DNA of 64,000 nucleotides from assembly GCF_032191835.1 (NCBI RefSeq), contig NC_083232.1:56916001-56980000 (forward strand), written 5' to 3'. Under the pieces are notes generated by a model, which saw only the letters and a list, made by a program, of their open reading frames with translations, was not told where the DNA came from and searched no databases. Source of the DNA: Heteronotia binoei. Taxonomy: Eukaryota. The position numbers and the translations under genes were made by a program. This document shows positions 1 to 12,598 of the stretch, in pieces; position 1 is the stretch's first letter, and each line of letters opens with the position of its first letter.

Positions 1-40
1 CTCTCTCTCTCACACACACACACACACAAACACACACACC
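1..40. repeat. (CT)n/(CA)n microsatellite in HOXA5 intron
   Basis: ctctctctct cacacacaca... read directly. Confidence 0.85.
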
Positions 41-296
41 CCCAAGCACCATTCCCAAGCCCAAAGCGAAGGCAGACTTTGGGCGGAAGTCAAAATCGGT
101 GAGAGTGACTTCCAAATTCGTGGGGACTGCAGAGCTTTTCCCCTCCCCCGCACCTCAGCTGTCTCTGTTGAAGTTTCCTTCTTCGACTTCCTTTCCTCCC
201 AGAGAAATCCACCCCCAACACACACACGCACGCACACACACTCACTCTCTGTATTTGCTCAACTTCTTTTTTGATATAATTAGTAACGCTGTTTTT

Positions 297-350
297 CACT
301 GGACCGTCCTCTTCATAAATTATAGACGGCTGACACTCACTATTCAGGTC
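297..350. promoter_or_regulatory. Candidate intronic homeodomain/Cdx-site element in HOXA5 intron
   Basis: CATAAATTATA at 314-324 in a non-repetitive block. Function is inferred from motif only. Confidence 0.3.
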
Positions 351-659
351 CCTCTTTCTCTCGCCCCACCATTTCAAGGGCACCTCTTACAGCCCTGGAG
401 TCTTGGAGGAGTTTTCAGAAGGGGCTGGCTCGCCCTGCCTTGGACAGCGCAGCTCTTTCCAGGAGGCACCAGTGGGTCGCCCCAGATCGAATCCCCCCCC
501 ACCCAGAGACCACCCGGCCGCCCCAACCCCCCCTCCTATTCCCAGCCCGCCGGCCAGGAGCTTTGCAGGCAGCTCTCCAGCCGAACCCAGTTTCCCCTTC
601 GCAAGCCACCCCCCCCCCACCCCCTCCGCCGCCGAGACAGGATCCGGGCGTGCTTTTAC

Positions 660-855
660 CATGGCTTATGTGCAGTTTCCTCATCCAGGGGTAGATCTGG
701 GGCTGTGGAGGCTGCTGGGCGGTGCTTTGGTCGTTCTGCTGGGGGTTCGCCTGCTCGCTGCCGGCCGGGGCGTCGTCTTCGGTGCCAGGCGACGTGCTGA
801 GCCCGTCTCTGCCTAGGTGGGTGTTGCCAGAGCTGCTGCCGGTGGTGGTGGTGGG

Positions 856-889
<34 letters not shown>

Positions 890-1320
890 GAAGCGGACGA
901 AGTGCTGCTGGCTGAGTTGGCGGCGGAGTTTTTCACGCCGCCGTGGTGAGCGTCGTCGCTGACAGGCGAGGTGGCCACGGCGGCGCAGGGCAGAGGGTCA
1001 GGCGGCGGCGAGTGAGTCGACGTGGCCGCGGCCGCCGCCCGGTTGGCGTACCTGGCCTCGGGGGCGGCGGAGGTGCTGTTGGAGGGGTAGCTGGTGCGCG
1101 CCCTCTCCGTGCCCCCTCCTGCCGCGAAGTGGCTGCCAGCCGAGCGGCCAACGCTGAGATCCATGCCATTGTAGCCGTAGCCGTACCTGCCCGAATGCAT
1201 GCTGCTGGCGGGTTCTCGGAATTGCTCGCTCACGGCACTAGGATCTCCATAATTATGTAACGGGTAGTCCGGGCCATTTGGATAGCGACCGCAAAATGAG
1301 TTTACAAAATAAGAGCTCAT
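660..1320 (-). CDS. HOXA5: Homeobox protein Hox-A5, exon 1 (220 codons + 1 nt; exon 2 is outside the window)
   Basis: ATG at 1320 gives [19 protein letters not shown]...[19 protein letters not shown]...[13 protein letters not shown], the HOXA5 N-terminus and hexapeptide. Donor CATG|GTAAAA at 660/659, phase 1. Confidence 0.97.
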
Positions 1321-1356
1321 TTGTTTTTTGATCGGGGGGCTTGATTTGTGGCTCTT

Positions 1357-1552
1357 NNNNNNNNNNNNNNNNNNNNNNNNNNNNNNNNNNNNNNNNNNNN
1401 NNNNNNNNNNNNNNNNNNNNNNNNNNNNNNNNNNNNNNNNNNNNNNNNNNNNNNNNNNNNNNNNNNNNNNNNNNNNNNNNNNNNNNNNNNNNNNNNNNNN
1501 NNNNNNNNNNNNNNNNNNNNNNNNNNNNNNNNNNNNNNNNNNNNNNNNNNNN
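1357..1552. other. Assembly gap (N run) over the HOXA5 5' leader/core promoter
   Basis: Run of N. Confidence 0.99.
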
Positions 1553-1633
1553 AGTTGGGTGGATGCTGGAGCGCCGGGGCGCGTGCCCGCTGCGCGAACC
1601 CGCCGCCAGCTCCGGAGTGTCAGTCGGCCTCGT

Positions 1634-1647
1634 GCGCCACCCTCTGG
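1634..1647 (-). promoter_or_regulatory. Candidate CTCF site between HOXA5 and HOXA6 (C5|6-like)
   Basis: Minus strand CCAGAGGGTGGCGC matches 12/14 of CCASYAGRKGGCRS. A CTCF boundary between Hoxa5 and Hoxa6 is known in mouse. Orthology not verified. Confidence 0.4.
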
Positions 1648-3557
1648 AGACAAGCTAGATCTTCACCCTTCCCAGCCAGAGGCTGCAGCAGGGCTGGGGT
1701 CGAATCGAGGTTACAGACCATTATAGCAAAATTATGGCATCTCTCGCACAGTTCCATTAGTATGTACCAATTGTTAAGGGCTATCGGCTCCAGATCACAA
1801 AACCGGCAAGAATGCAGAAGCGAAGGGGGGAATATATCCATCCTTTGTTTTCAATACGATTTCTTCCTAAACCTTTCATGCTGCTTTTTTTTTTTTTTTG
1901 GTCATTTCTAGTCTGCTACAGATTGTAAATTCCAAGCAAAATAACTTTAGCTTAAAAAAAAAAACCTTAAGGATTTTTTTCAGGGGGCCCGGGGGAGGGG
2001 GGGGGAGAATAAACCTCAGCATTCCCGCACCAATTGCTGAGGCAATGCTTAAAAATGGGGAGAGGAGGGGGGCGGAATCGATGGAGCTGTATTTTACAAC
2101 AGATTTGAAACAGCAGTTCGACTTCAGCAGAAGTGTGGCATGGTATACGTATACAAAGGGCGGAAAAATCTAATGGAATCTAACCACCAGCTCCGGTGAA
2201 TCGACTCCCCCTCCTATTTTCTTTTTGCATACATATAATGCATCTTTTGGCAAAAAGACATGGTGTGTGAGTTCGCTTTCAGAAAATAGTCGTAGTCGGC
2301 ACCCAGATGGAGCACTCTGCATATCAAAAAAGATCCTCATGTTTCTGTATATAAATGTATATATTGAACTCCAAACACACATGCATATATATACACGAAG
2401 CAAGCTCTGTTTCCCTCGCCCTGGTGTGGGAAGGAAACTGAGCCTTCTCCTCCCGCTATTAATTACAATCAATATGAACTCATATGATCGAAGTTGCGTT
2501 TCTAGATTATTATATTCTAATTTATTACTATTATCACTGCTATTATTATCATGGTATGAAACAAAACACGAAGGGGGAAGGGATAAAACACACCGTTCGA
2601 TATTCTAGCCATTTGCCAGATCATGTTACAAACTCCATCCAGTGCACCCCAAAATGGGACGGGGGAGTTCTCCGGGTGGGCAATAAACACCTTTTCTTTA
2701 GTTCTAATAAGAACTCCAGGAATGTGCTTCCTTGGAGAGTTTCTCCTCCAACAATTATCCAGTTTTGATTATAGTGCTGCCTTTTTTAAAACAAAAAAAA
2801 AATGTAGGATTTTGAGTATTTTTAAAAAACCTCGACTGTTTTGGAAATGTAGCTGGAGAATCACCGACTTTTAAAATATATATTTTGAAAGAAAAAAATT
2901 ATTCTTGAATATTATCTTTCACCCCGCATCTTTTGTCCTAATTGAATTGCACAAAGAAACTGGTCTTCTTAACGTTCTAGAGCCCTCCAGATGCATGACG
3001 GGCCCGTTGGAATCAAGGGGTCTCGTTTCCGAATAAGGGGGTTCAGGGATGAAGCGGAAGGGAGCAAAACAACGAGAGAGCAACACCTTGTATGGGTCTA
3101 GCAGCAAAGCCCGTCAAGACGCCTGGCCATTCTGGAGGCTGGAGGCCTCCACGTGTACAAGCGCCAGGTTTGGGCTGCCAGCTCGACCAGCCAGGTGCCC
3201 CTTCTTTCAAAAAACGTGCCTCTGCGTGTGTTTTAAAAAGGGATCGTGCTCAGACCTTGAAACACAACCGCCTCTACTGCGGGGGACCTGACCACGCACT
3301 CCATCACTTCTACATTCAATAATTCTATGGATCAAGAAATTCACAGTTAATTGTAAATATATCTCTATATAAATATGTATATATTTTAATCAAGCCATTC
3401 AGAATCACCAGACTTTAAAAAAAAAGACACTAAAAAAAGCCGGGGTGGGGGAGGAGGGAATTTAGTGGAGAGAAGAACAGACTCGGGAAAGGAAGGAGGG
3501 GAGAAGAGGAAGATACCAAGGCAAGGTCTGTGAATGTTGCTTAAATTAAGCATGGTC

Positions 3558-3842
<285 letters not shown>

Positions 3843-5306
3843 TCAGTCGAGCGGGGCCTCAGGCTCTCGCCTCCTCAGGATCAAGAAGCGGCTTTCAGTT
3901 CTGGGAACTTCTCTCCCTGCAGACTCCATAGTAGAAGGAAAGCTCATGAGCTTCTCGACTTTACTGGGATTAATATTTATAAATCTCCTTCACTTCATAA
4001 TTTAGGGGCAGATTTTTGGGAACCAGCTTAAGGGAAGGCTACATTTCCCACAGAGCTGATTGCACATGTTACTGTTGTGGCCTTGTGTGTTACATTATAT
4101 CCGGCTCTCTCTGTGGGGGAACTCCAAACACCAAAAAGAATACTTGGGCAAGATCCAGCCCCAAATGAAGCCCCTTCAAGCCCCGCTGGTTTTAGTGGGA
4201 GATCCAAACAAGTGCCTGGATTTAACCCTCTCCTAATCAAATCCGCGGTGACTTGAACTCTGAGGGGATCGTGACCCTTTTTATTAATGGAATTTCAGCA
4301 CACTGACAGCCAGATCCTAAATACGTTGCAAGTTTTCTTGACTGCAGTAAGGGCTACTTCGAAGCAGTTCTACAGATTAATTAGGTTTGCGGGGGGGGGG
4401 GGGATTTGGCAATGTATTATTAAATTAAGAAATCTATTCCAAAATTACTACACGGCTAAAATTGACGGTGTTGTGTATTCTGAAAGGAATGTAGCGTCTC
4501 CTGTGCTATTTGTTTAGGGGAGAGTTGTAAACTCACTTTATGGGAGAGTTGTAAACAATGCCTCTGAAGCTTAGATTTTTCCTTGTAGGTCTCTCCTTTT
4601 GCTACCCATTTTAAACTGCCACATACAAAGGATGGCAAAGGATGAAATCCTGATCTAGTGAAATCAATGGGAATTTTGTCATTGATCAGATTTCTTTCTC
4701 CAGTGCCATTCTCCCCCCCACCCCCCCAAAGTGATTTGTGTGTGCGCGCACATATGATAGAAAACGTGGATTCGATAGCTAATACTTACACCCTAATGAC
4801 TGAGTGAAGGGAGGGGGAAGAGACAGGGTCTTGCAAATATATGGAGTGGTCGATAGAGAGAGTACCCTCTTTAGCATCACTCTTTGAGTCTCATAGAAGG
4901 AGGGCTCTTTGTGTTGTCATGATTGCTAGGACTGTTACTATCTAGGATTGAGTTAATCGCTTGGAAGTCAATCATATTCAGCTTAATGGATCTAGCATTC
5001 ATGTAAGTGTATTTAGGAATGCAGTCTTCATTTATGTACCTAAGCTGGTGGCATTAAAAAAATAAGGGGGGAAAAAAGAAAACCGTGTTTGTTCAAGGTA
5101 GCTCAAGGTATCAGGTTGGGAAAGAACGTGGGGAAGGGTCTCAGGTTACCCATTGGCTTGTAGGTGTCATTGCTCTTCAGAGACAGCCCGAATAAAGAGG
5201 ATATCTATTCCCAAAATGATCTCCCTCCAAGGGAAAAGAAACCCTCCACCAGCCCTTCTGGCCCCCTCCCCCACCCCCTTGCCCACCCCTCCCCCCCCCG
5301 GCTTAC

Positions 5307-5781
5307 CAGCGCAGGAGTTCATCCTTTGCATCCAGGGGTAAACAGGGCTGCTGTACTTCCGGTCGCTGCCTTCGTCATGGAGGGCTTTGGCCGGGCCGCC
5401 CTCGGGCTTGTAGTGCTGCGGGTCCGCAGCGAAGCAGGGCAGAAAGTCCCCCCCCGGGTGGCCGGCCCGTGCCTTTCCGCTGCCCGAGGGCGAGGAGGAG
5501 GTGGCGGCGGCGCCCAGGTCCTTGTCGGCGTAGAAGCAGGCGCCCCCGTAGTCATAGGCGGCGGGCCGGTTGCAGGCGAGGACGGTGTTGGTGGACTGTG
5601 GGTAGAAGGCAGGTGAGGTGGCGTAGGGCTTGTCCGGCAGGCTGGCGGCGGCCCCATAAGAGGCGGGGAAGTGCCTGAGCGCCTCGTAGCCGGCCGGGTA
5701 GAGGGGCAGCTGCCCGAGGAAGGACTCCTGCCCGCTGGGCAAGCTCCCCGCAAAGGAGGGATTCACGAAATAGGAACTCAT
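5307..5781 (-). CDS. HOXA6: Hox-A6 exon 1
   Basis: ATG at 5781, [10 protein letters not shown]...[27 protein letters not shown]. Donor GCTG|GTAAGC at 5307/5306, 475 nt, phase 1. Confidence 0.97.
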
Positions 5782-5819
5782 GGGCGCTCCCCGGACCCCG
5801 CGCCGTGATTTGTTGTGTA

Positions 5820-5852
5820 TTAGTACATCTGGCGATAACTATTAGGAGTCAT
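5820..5852 (-). other. HOXA6 leader uORF ([10 protein letters not shown]; nested MY* at 5820-5828)
   Basis: ATG at 5852 and 5828, shared TAA at 5820-5822, ending 38 nt before the main ATG. Depends on TSS position. Confidence 0.45.
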
Positions 5853-8302
5853 CCGAGGGGTTTGTTTCTGGATGGCCGAGCGCCAAAAGCGACAGCAGCA
5901 AATAGCACCAGCTGACGGCGGGGCGGCCAATGAGCGAGCGGCGGAGGGCCTTCTCCCCTGGGACCCGCCGCCACCGAGCCTGCAAAGTTACAAACAACAG
6001 CCCCCCCCGCCCCCCACCCCCGCCGCCGCCGCCCGGCAGATGGATGGCAACGCGTCCGCAGCCACCTTCCGAAGGACCCGGGGAGGAGGGAGGGAGGGGG
6101 TCGGGCTGCAGTCGGAGGGGACTCGGAGGGGGCGGGGAGAGTGAGGGCAGACACAGGGACTGGGGGGGGGGCAGGACAGCCACAGGATACCCCAAGGAAG
6201 TGACGGGGGGGGCTGAGGATCTCGGGGGCGCCTGGCCGGTGGAATTCGTGGGTGAACAGCACAAAGTTAGGGTGTAGCGACTGAAGGCAGGTCAGGGAGC
6301 AGCTAGGAAAGCCCCCCCCGCCCCCTCTTTTATTGCTGTGCCTCCCCCCCCCCCCCAGATGAAAGCAAGTCGGCGTGCAGTCGATTAAAAGACGTCCCTC
6401 TGTTTGTTTATTTATTTATTTTTAACCCGACGGCTCTAAATAATCCGCAAACCAGAAGTAGCGCCCGGAGGAGGCTCAGCCAGGAAGGGACCTTCAATGC
6501 AGACGTTCCGTCCTGACTCCCTCCCTGCCCTCCTCACGGAGGGACCCTAAAGGAAGCGCTCGATGGCTCTGCGTCGGCCCCGCGGGCCCCAAAGCTTTCC
6601 GCTTTAATCAGCACCGACAATTTCGAAGCGCAGCTGGAACCCGTCAAGGAAAAGGTGTTTACAGAAAACCCTCTCCGAAGTAACTGAACCGGCGATCCTC
6701 TCTTCCGAAGAGAGGAAGGATCACAGTAAAGACAATCCTAGATCTGTTTGTTTGTTTTTAAAATCAGTTTGTTGTCGTCTGAATGCGGCCTGAAAACAGA
6801 GCACGAGGGCCGGCTCTTTTTCCTGCCTCTCCGCCCCCCCCCCCAGCCTCAATCCAGTAGTTGCTTCAAAAAGGGCTTCCTTTGGCTGGGACTTCTGGAC
6901 ATTTCATTAAACTGGGTTGTTTTTCATTTTTGGACTTGCCAGCCAGCCTCTGACTCGGCATTTCCTCGTCTCCACCGCGGCAAATAATTTCTGGCTCCCT
7001 TAACGGAAACCTTCCATTCGGGCCTGCTGTTCGAGGGGAGCTGTAAAGAGAGAGTCGGCCCTTTTCGCATTCGGTCCCAGCTCCACCCGCAGCTCACCCC
7101 CCGCCTCCTCCCTGGGTGCCAGTTGACGTGGTTTTCACACTTGCCCAAACTTTCTGCTTTTCACCGGCGCGGCGGTTTGAATGGGCTCTGTAATCAGCGG
7201 CCCTCAATTGGCTTTGGGGCCCGTGGGGGTTTGTTGCTTCGGAGGCTTGGATTGGATTGTTTCATTTCCGGAGTCCGATTACGGTATCTATAAAACAGCA
7301 GTAAGTTAAAACAGCCCCCCTCCCTCCTTCCCTCCCACGGCCACAATCGTGGGCATTGTTTGTGCCCTCAACCGGGGTTTCACAGAGAGCTCTCGATTGC
7401 CTCCAATAATGTTTTTTTCAAAGGACTTTCCCCATTCTAAACAACAAGCGACAACTAAAAGGCAACCCATAAGTGCAATTGGAAACGCGGGGGTAGGGAG
7501 AACTGCATCGATTTAGAAACAGGAAAACAACCACGATTGAAAGTAAAAATAAATTGCCTTTCATGTATATATACACACATTTTTTTTAGGACGCGATCAG
7601 AACAAAAATAACTGTTTTTTAGTGAAGTTAACATAGGATTCGGCGGAGAAAGAACAGAAAAGGGAAGGAAAAGGATCCCCACAACCCAACTGCAGCACCG
7701 GTCTCTTCCTCCTCTCCACTTTCAGGGGAAGTTTTAGCACAGCTAGGTTTTCATTTCTTCTCTTGACCGCGAAAGATCCCTCCCCCAGTACGAAGCCTGA
7801 ATGAGGGGCTTGTAAACACAGCCATGATAGGAAACGGACGGCTACATCAAGGGGAGAAGCGGAAGCCCTCCTCGGATTTATTTTGACTCAGACAGCGGCG
7901 AAATTGATCAGAATAATCGAAGAAAACATCTCTGCGAAGGGAAAGAGCAGCGGGCAAGTGTGATGAAAGTAGGTTGTCCAATAAATGAATATCCCCCCTC
8001 CCCGATATCTTGGGTTCATTCCAATGAAGGAATAACAACCATTTCAAGCTCTCCCACCGCCAGCAGAGCCCCCGACCCCCACATCTGCTCAACAGCAGCG
8101 CTGTCGAAGACGGCATCTTCGTAGAGGAAGAGAGGGCACGTCTGCCGGCCCCAGCGCGGAATGGAAGGAGGCGAACAGACCCAAGACAGACAGCCATTCG
8201 AAGCAAAACATTTCCAACCCCACCCCTCAAACTCTTTAAATATAGCAGAATGCATTTTTTTTTTTAAGGATGATTACCACTTTAACACCAGGAGAGGTCT
8301 CC

Positions 8303-8316
8303 CCGCCCCCTGGCCT
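8303..8316 (-). promoter_or_regulatory. Weak candidate CTCF site between HOXA6 and HOXA7
   Basis: AGGCCAGGGGGCGG has an intact 3' core (CAGGGGGCG) but a mismatched 5' end. Confidence 0.25.
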
Positions 8317-9885
8317 TTCATTCCATCGAAGCCATAAGTCAAACAAAAGTTAGTATACAGGTGTTCGGGGAGGAAGGGGGGGCAGTTACCCTCTTAAGCT
8401 TAAAAGCCCCTTTTCTTTTAAGGTACAAATCCACTTACAAATCCGTCTCATGTTCCGAGAGGTAACAGAAAGCAACTTTTAGCTAATAGCCGCTAATCCA
8501 AACAGATCTCACAATCCCCAGCCATTGTTTAGGTTGGACGTGTGTTAGTCACCCTCCGCGTTCGCCGTGCCAAACACTCAGCTCAAGAACATAATTCAAG
8601 GGTGCCCCCCCCTCACCTACACACTTCACTTTTAAATCACCTGTAGAAAAATACCCTTTAAGTAGATAAGGTCAGATGAAGCACTGAAAACCGATTAAAA
8701 ATATAAACAAAACAAACGGGAGTTGCCAAGGGTAGGCAATCAGCTAGGGTTTGGGTGTTTTGCTTTTTTTAAAAAACAATCGTTTGCCTTTGGCTCTCTT
8801 CCCGCCTAGTACCTACGTCGGCCACACCGTGGCAGCACTGAGTACAAGTCTCTCGGCGATAAATAATCCGACATTCACTGCAGTTGCAGTCGAGCAGATA
8901 CTGCAATGCAATACGCACGTAATTCTCGCCAGCCAGGAGAAAACAGAAGAAACATTTCGTTTTAGACATCAGAGACGCTCGGTGCTCATTCTTAACAACA
9001 GTAGCGATTAACTGAAGACCGCCCAATCAGAAATATTTTCCGCCTCTAAAACGAGTTGAACAGCAACACAAAATGGGCGAACCGCGCGTTATGAATCCTC
9101 AGGAAATTTTATGTCCAGCTGTATTAACACATCCCTCCAGAATTTTAAAGGGAATGTCCTCTCATTTCATTCACCTTGTATCCCTCTCCCGAAAATGACA
9201 TTGTGAGGATCTGGAATATGGTCCCCTTCATTCAGCCTTCATTACCATTAGCGAAGAAACCACATTTCTAGACTTTGAAAAAGTCCATAATACAACCCAG
9301 GTTTCAAACTGTTTGAGAGACATCACAAATATTGTGCACCGTTACTGATTTAAAAATAAAATAACCCAACTATGAATAGATTCTCGGTGTTAGCGGAACA
9401 GATCTCCACCTAAAAAGAAGCATCTATCGAGATTCTCTTGATGTCGATAATATTATATAACCACCTTAAAAAGGGGGGGGGGGGGGCTTATAAACAGCAA
9501 ACAAAAATTCAACGCGAAAAGGGTAAAAAAAACACCAAACAGGTTTGTTGGTTGTTGAAAGGAGCACTGTGTGACTCTGAGAATGTACCATTTAATTAGA
9601 TGGCTTTCTCAAACCCACCAATATAACCTATTATTAGTAAACAAAATGCCTGATTGACATGGTTAAAATGACACCGAGCCCCGCTCATTGGTATCCGTTC
9701 CCTTTCTGCGCTCAGCCCAGCTCCAGCAGACTGAGTCTCCCCTGGTGCAGTTTATTCCTCGCTTGATAAACATCCTGCCTCTAATACATAATCATAATAA
9801 TAATCAGTATACAAAAAGAGAGGATAATATTGCAGGCTGTATAACGTGGAGCAGGTCCGCTTGCTCATTTCTCTGCATTTCTCAC

Positions 9886-10300
9886 CTTTAGGTTCTGGCC
9901 GGCAGGAGCCCCCTTCGACTTTGACAGCTGTCGTGTTGGCTGCACCGGAGACGAATCGCCCTCCTTTTGGTGCCAGAAGAAGCAGGAAATTAGCCAGGTT
10001 GCGAGCTGAAAATCTGCCACTCCAGCGCTCGGAATCCAATATGCCACACCTTCCGGCGGAGGAGCTGGAAATTGCCCTCCAAGACCCGCGTTCTGGGCGG
10101 CTGCTGAAGCCGAACCTCCATACTGCCCGGCTCCCCATTGACTTACAAAGGACTCCGGATAACCGGGGGTGGGGCGGGGGGAATGGAAAGCCAGAGAGAT
10201 CCGAAGCAGGACAGAGCTGAGCAAAAGAATGCAGCTCTATTCTCGCCAGGGAAATTATAAAAAAGTTCATGTTCACGGTTACCATCCACATGACCGTCGG
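9886..10300 (-). other. Candidate first exon of long transcripts from the A6-A7 distal promoter
   Basis: Hox-like leader (CATGAACTTTTTTATAATTTCCC) downstream of a CCAAT box, and a strong donor AAAG|GTGAGA at 9886/9885. A distal promoter in the Hoxa6-a7 interval driving Hoxa5-containing long transcripts is known in mouse (Coulombe et al. 2010). Confidence 0.4.
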
Positions 10301-10440
10301 CGACCAATGGAGAAACCGAACCACTCATAAAGTTGTATTGCAAAGTTGTAAATTTTCATAAACAACAACGGATTTATGGCCTTTTCCTCATCACTAAGAA
10401 AGAGGCAGGACTTAGAGAGGCGCCATTTTACCAGAGAGGC
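10230..10440 (-). promoter_or_regulatory. Conserved distal promoter/enhancer block between HOXA6 and HOXA7
   Basis: CCAAT 10304-10308, Cdx/Hox-type CATAAA (10326, 10357) and TTTATGG (~10373), YY1-type CGCCATTTT 10421-10429. Position matches the known distal promoter about 1 kb below the HOXA7 3' end. Confidence 0.55.
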
Positions 10441-10704
10441 AGACCTAGATTTTTAAAGGACCCACCGTTTGGATTCCCTTTTCATCATTATCAGGAAAAT
10501 TGCGCGGAATGCATTGAGAATACCCGAGCCTGCCATGACCGCTCTCTTCGCCTTCCCTCTTCGCCCGGCACTTGCACGCATTTTTCTTCATAATTTCGCT
10601 GCTAATCCTGCTGATTTTTAAAGTCGATTTGGCTCATTAAAAGAAAATAATTGCTCGTACGGAAAATATTTGGCAATATGAGCTTTTTTGTTTGTTTCTG
10701 CCTT

Positions 10705-10808
10705 ATATATGTATATATGTGTGTGTATATTTGTATATGTGTGTGTATATATATGCACACACACACACACACACACATATATACGTATACGCCTGCACAC
10801 ACACACAC
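10705..10808. repeat. Compound (AT)/(GT)/(CA) microsatellite
   Basis: tatatatgtatatatgtgtgtg...cacacacaca read directly. Confidence 0.85.
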
Positions 10809-11681
10809 AATTTTCTGGGCTGAGGGTTACCGCGCACCCCGCACACGGCTTTTTAACCCACCCGTATTCATATATTTTATACCAGGAATTTCGCTTTGCC
10901 ACGGGCCCAGATGCGGATTCTCGTTTATGCCACAGAAAATGACTGTTAACCCCCCCAGATCGAAAGTCTTCTTATATTTCGAAGGCTAAATGGAGATCTT
11001 AACCTTATGCCTATTTACTCAGAAGGAATTATCACAGAACTGAGTGTTTTTGACTGCGGAAAATCTTTGGGACAGGTGTGCTCGTGAGTCGACGAATTCC
11101 TTGTCTATGCCATTCACATGAACAAAGGTTTTTAATTAATATTTCAGTTTTCTCTCTAAGTGTTTTACAGATGTGCATTTATCCCGCTTAGAATTTAGGG
11201 GATAAATACACATCTGTAAAACACTTAGAATGTGCCACCCCCCCAAAAAAAATGCCAGTTAGACCACTATTTTCGCTCAGATTCTGGGCATATACACGGG
11301 AGTAGATTTTGCACTTAGAGTAAAGCTTGCGTCGAAGTACTGGGACCGAGTGCGGAATGTTTTGGGGTATTCCTAAGGAACAATTTCCCCCGTCTGCATC
11401 AGTGGCATTTGTGTGTTTGTGTACAGCAGTGTGTGTGTGTATATGCACACCCAACAAAGAAAGATGATCCATTGTCAACAAGCATTTTTTATTTCTGTGT
11501 AACATAAAACACACTGAATACACGAAAGCACTTCCAAAGAGAATTCACACACATTCAACTCCCCACCCCGTTTTTTCTTTTAAAACACAGAATACCTCAA
11601 TGTTCACAATGAACACATCGAAAAGCACATTGTAACATACAATTTATGAATAAAGTTTAGCCAAAACTTTTCCAGGCGCAA

Positions 11682-11687
11682 TTTATT
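11682..11687 (-). terminator. Candidate HOXA7 polyadenylation signal
   Basis: AATAAA on the minus strand 1.3 kb below the stop, beyond the miR-196 sites. Confidence 0.35.
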
Positions 11688-12332
11688 TATACAGAGCTTA
11701 TTAACATGATATCATGCTACAAAGTTACCCCAATTCAGTACAGATTTCTCAGCTTACGGCGTGATGGGAAGTCCAAGACAACAGAGAGGGCCGAAGTTGC
11801 CCGCCAACATACAAGATGTGTGAATTGTTCACGCAGTTTCATGTGTATCCCATTCTGGTCGTCAGGACGACTCGGGGACAGGTGACGAGGAAAGCAGGTA
11901 TGTGGCCACTGCCTAGATTCACAAGAGGGCCCCCCCCCCTCGCGTTGCTGCATTAAGCAGAATGAATTATTTAAACCCAAACATCTAATCGGCCGCCCAG
12001 AGCGCAATACAAAATGAAATACGGGAGATGAAACCGCTTTATACAACCTTTACGAGAATTTCGGACTGGAGAAGACACGAGCAGAAAGTTTTATGTTGCA
12101 GCATATCACTTAATAACAGACTTGGAATAAATATATTATTTTTTTACTTATTTTTTAAATTATACTCAGCAATACTCGGCCCAAAACTCTCTATCAGAGC
12201 TACGAAGGCCTCACATTTCTTTCCCTCCCCCCTTTCGATGCCTTCTTCTCTGTCCCTTCAGGTCCTGCAGGCAAGGAACACTAACATGGATCTCTTTCCT
12301 TTCCTTAATAAAATACAGTAGGGCTTTGAAGA

Positions 12333-12598
12333 TAGGTAGGCGGAGCTAGTTAATAGGTAGTTTTGAAAATAGGTAGTACAAATTACTGCTGTTGAGTCTA
12401 GTGGTTCAGTCATTGTTTTTCAAGGATTCCCCCCCCCCTTCGATTCCCACCCGGGTTATTTTAACCACAAACAAAAACTCCCACCCCACAGTAACATGGA
12501 AGGACGTCGACCTTCCCTCTAAAATTAGGTAGTTTGCAACTGATCCTAATGCACTCCCGCCCCTTAGGGACTGATTGGGACCAATACAGTCAGGTAGT
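12333..12598 (-). promoter_or_regulatory. miR-196 target-site cluster in HOXA7 3'UTR
   Basis: 8mers (plus strand TAGGTAGT) at 12354, 12370, 12526; 7mer-m8 at 12592; 7mer-A1 at 12333. Multiple miR-196 sites in HOXA7 are established (Yekta et al. 2004). Confidence 0.85.

Noticed and set aside
415-1653. 412-aa ORF including HOXA5
   Set aside because: Artefact of reading through the N gap and past the splice donor. The true exon is 660-1320. The same read-through applies to the track ORFs for A6, A7, A10 and A11.
12526-12545. Plus-strand TAGGTAGTTT resembling a second miR-196 gene
   Set aside because: Only 10 nt match and there is no hairpin partner. It is a target site in the HOXA7 3'UTR.
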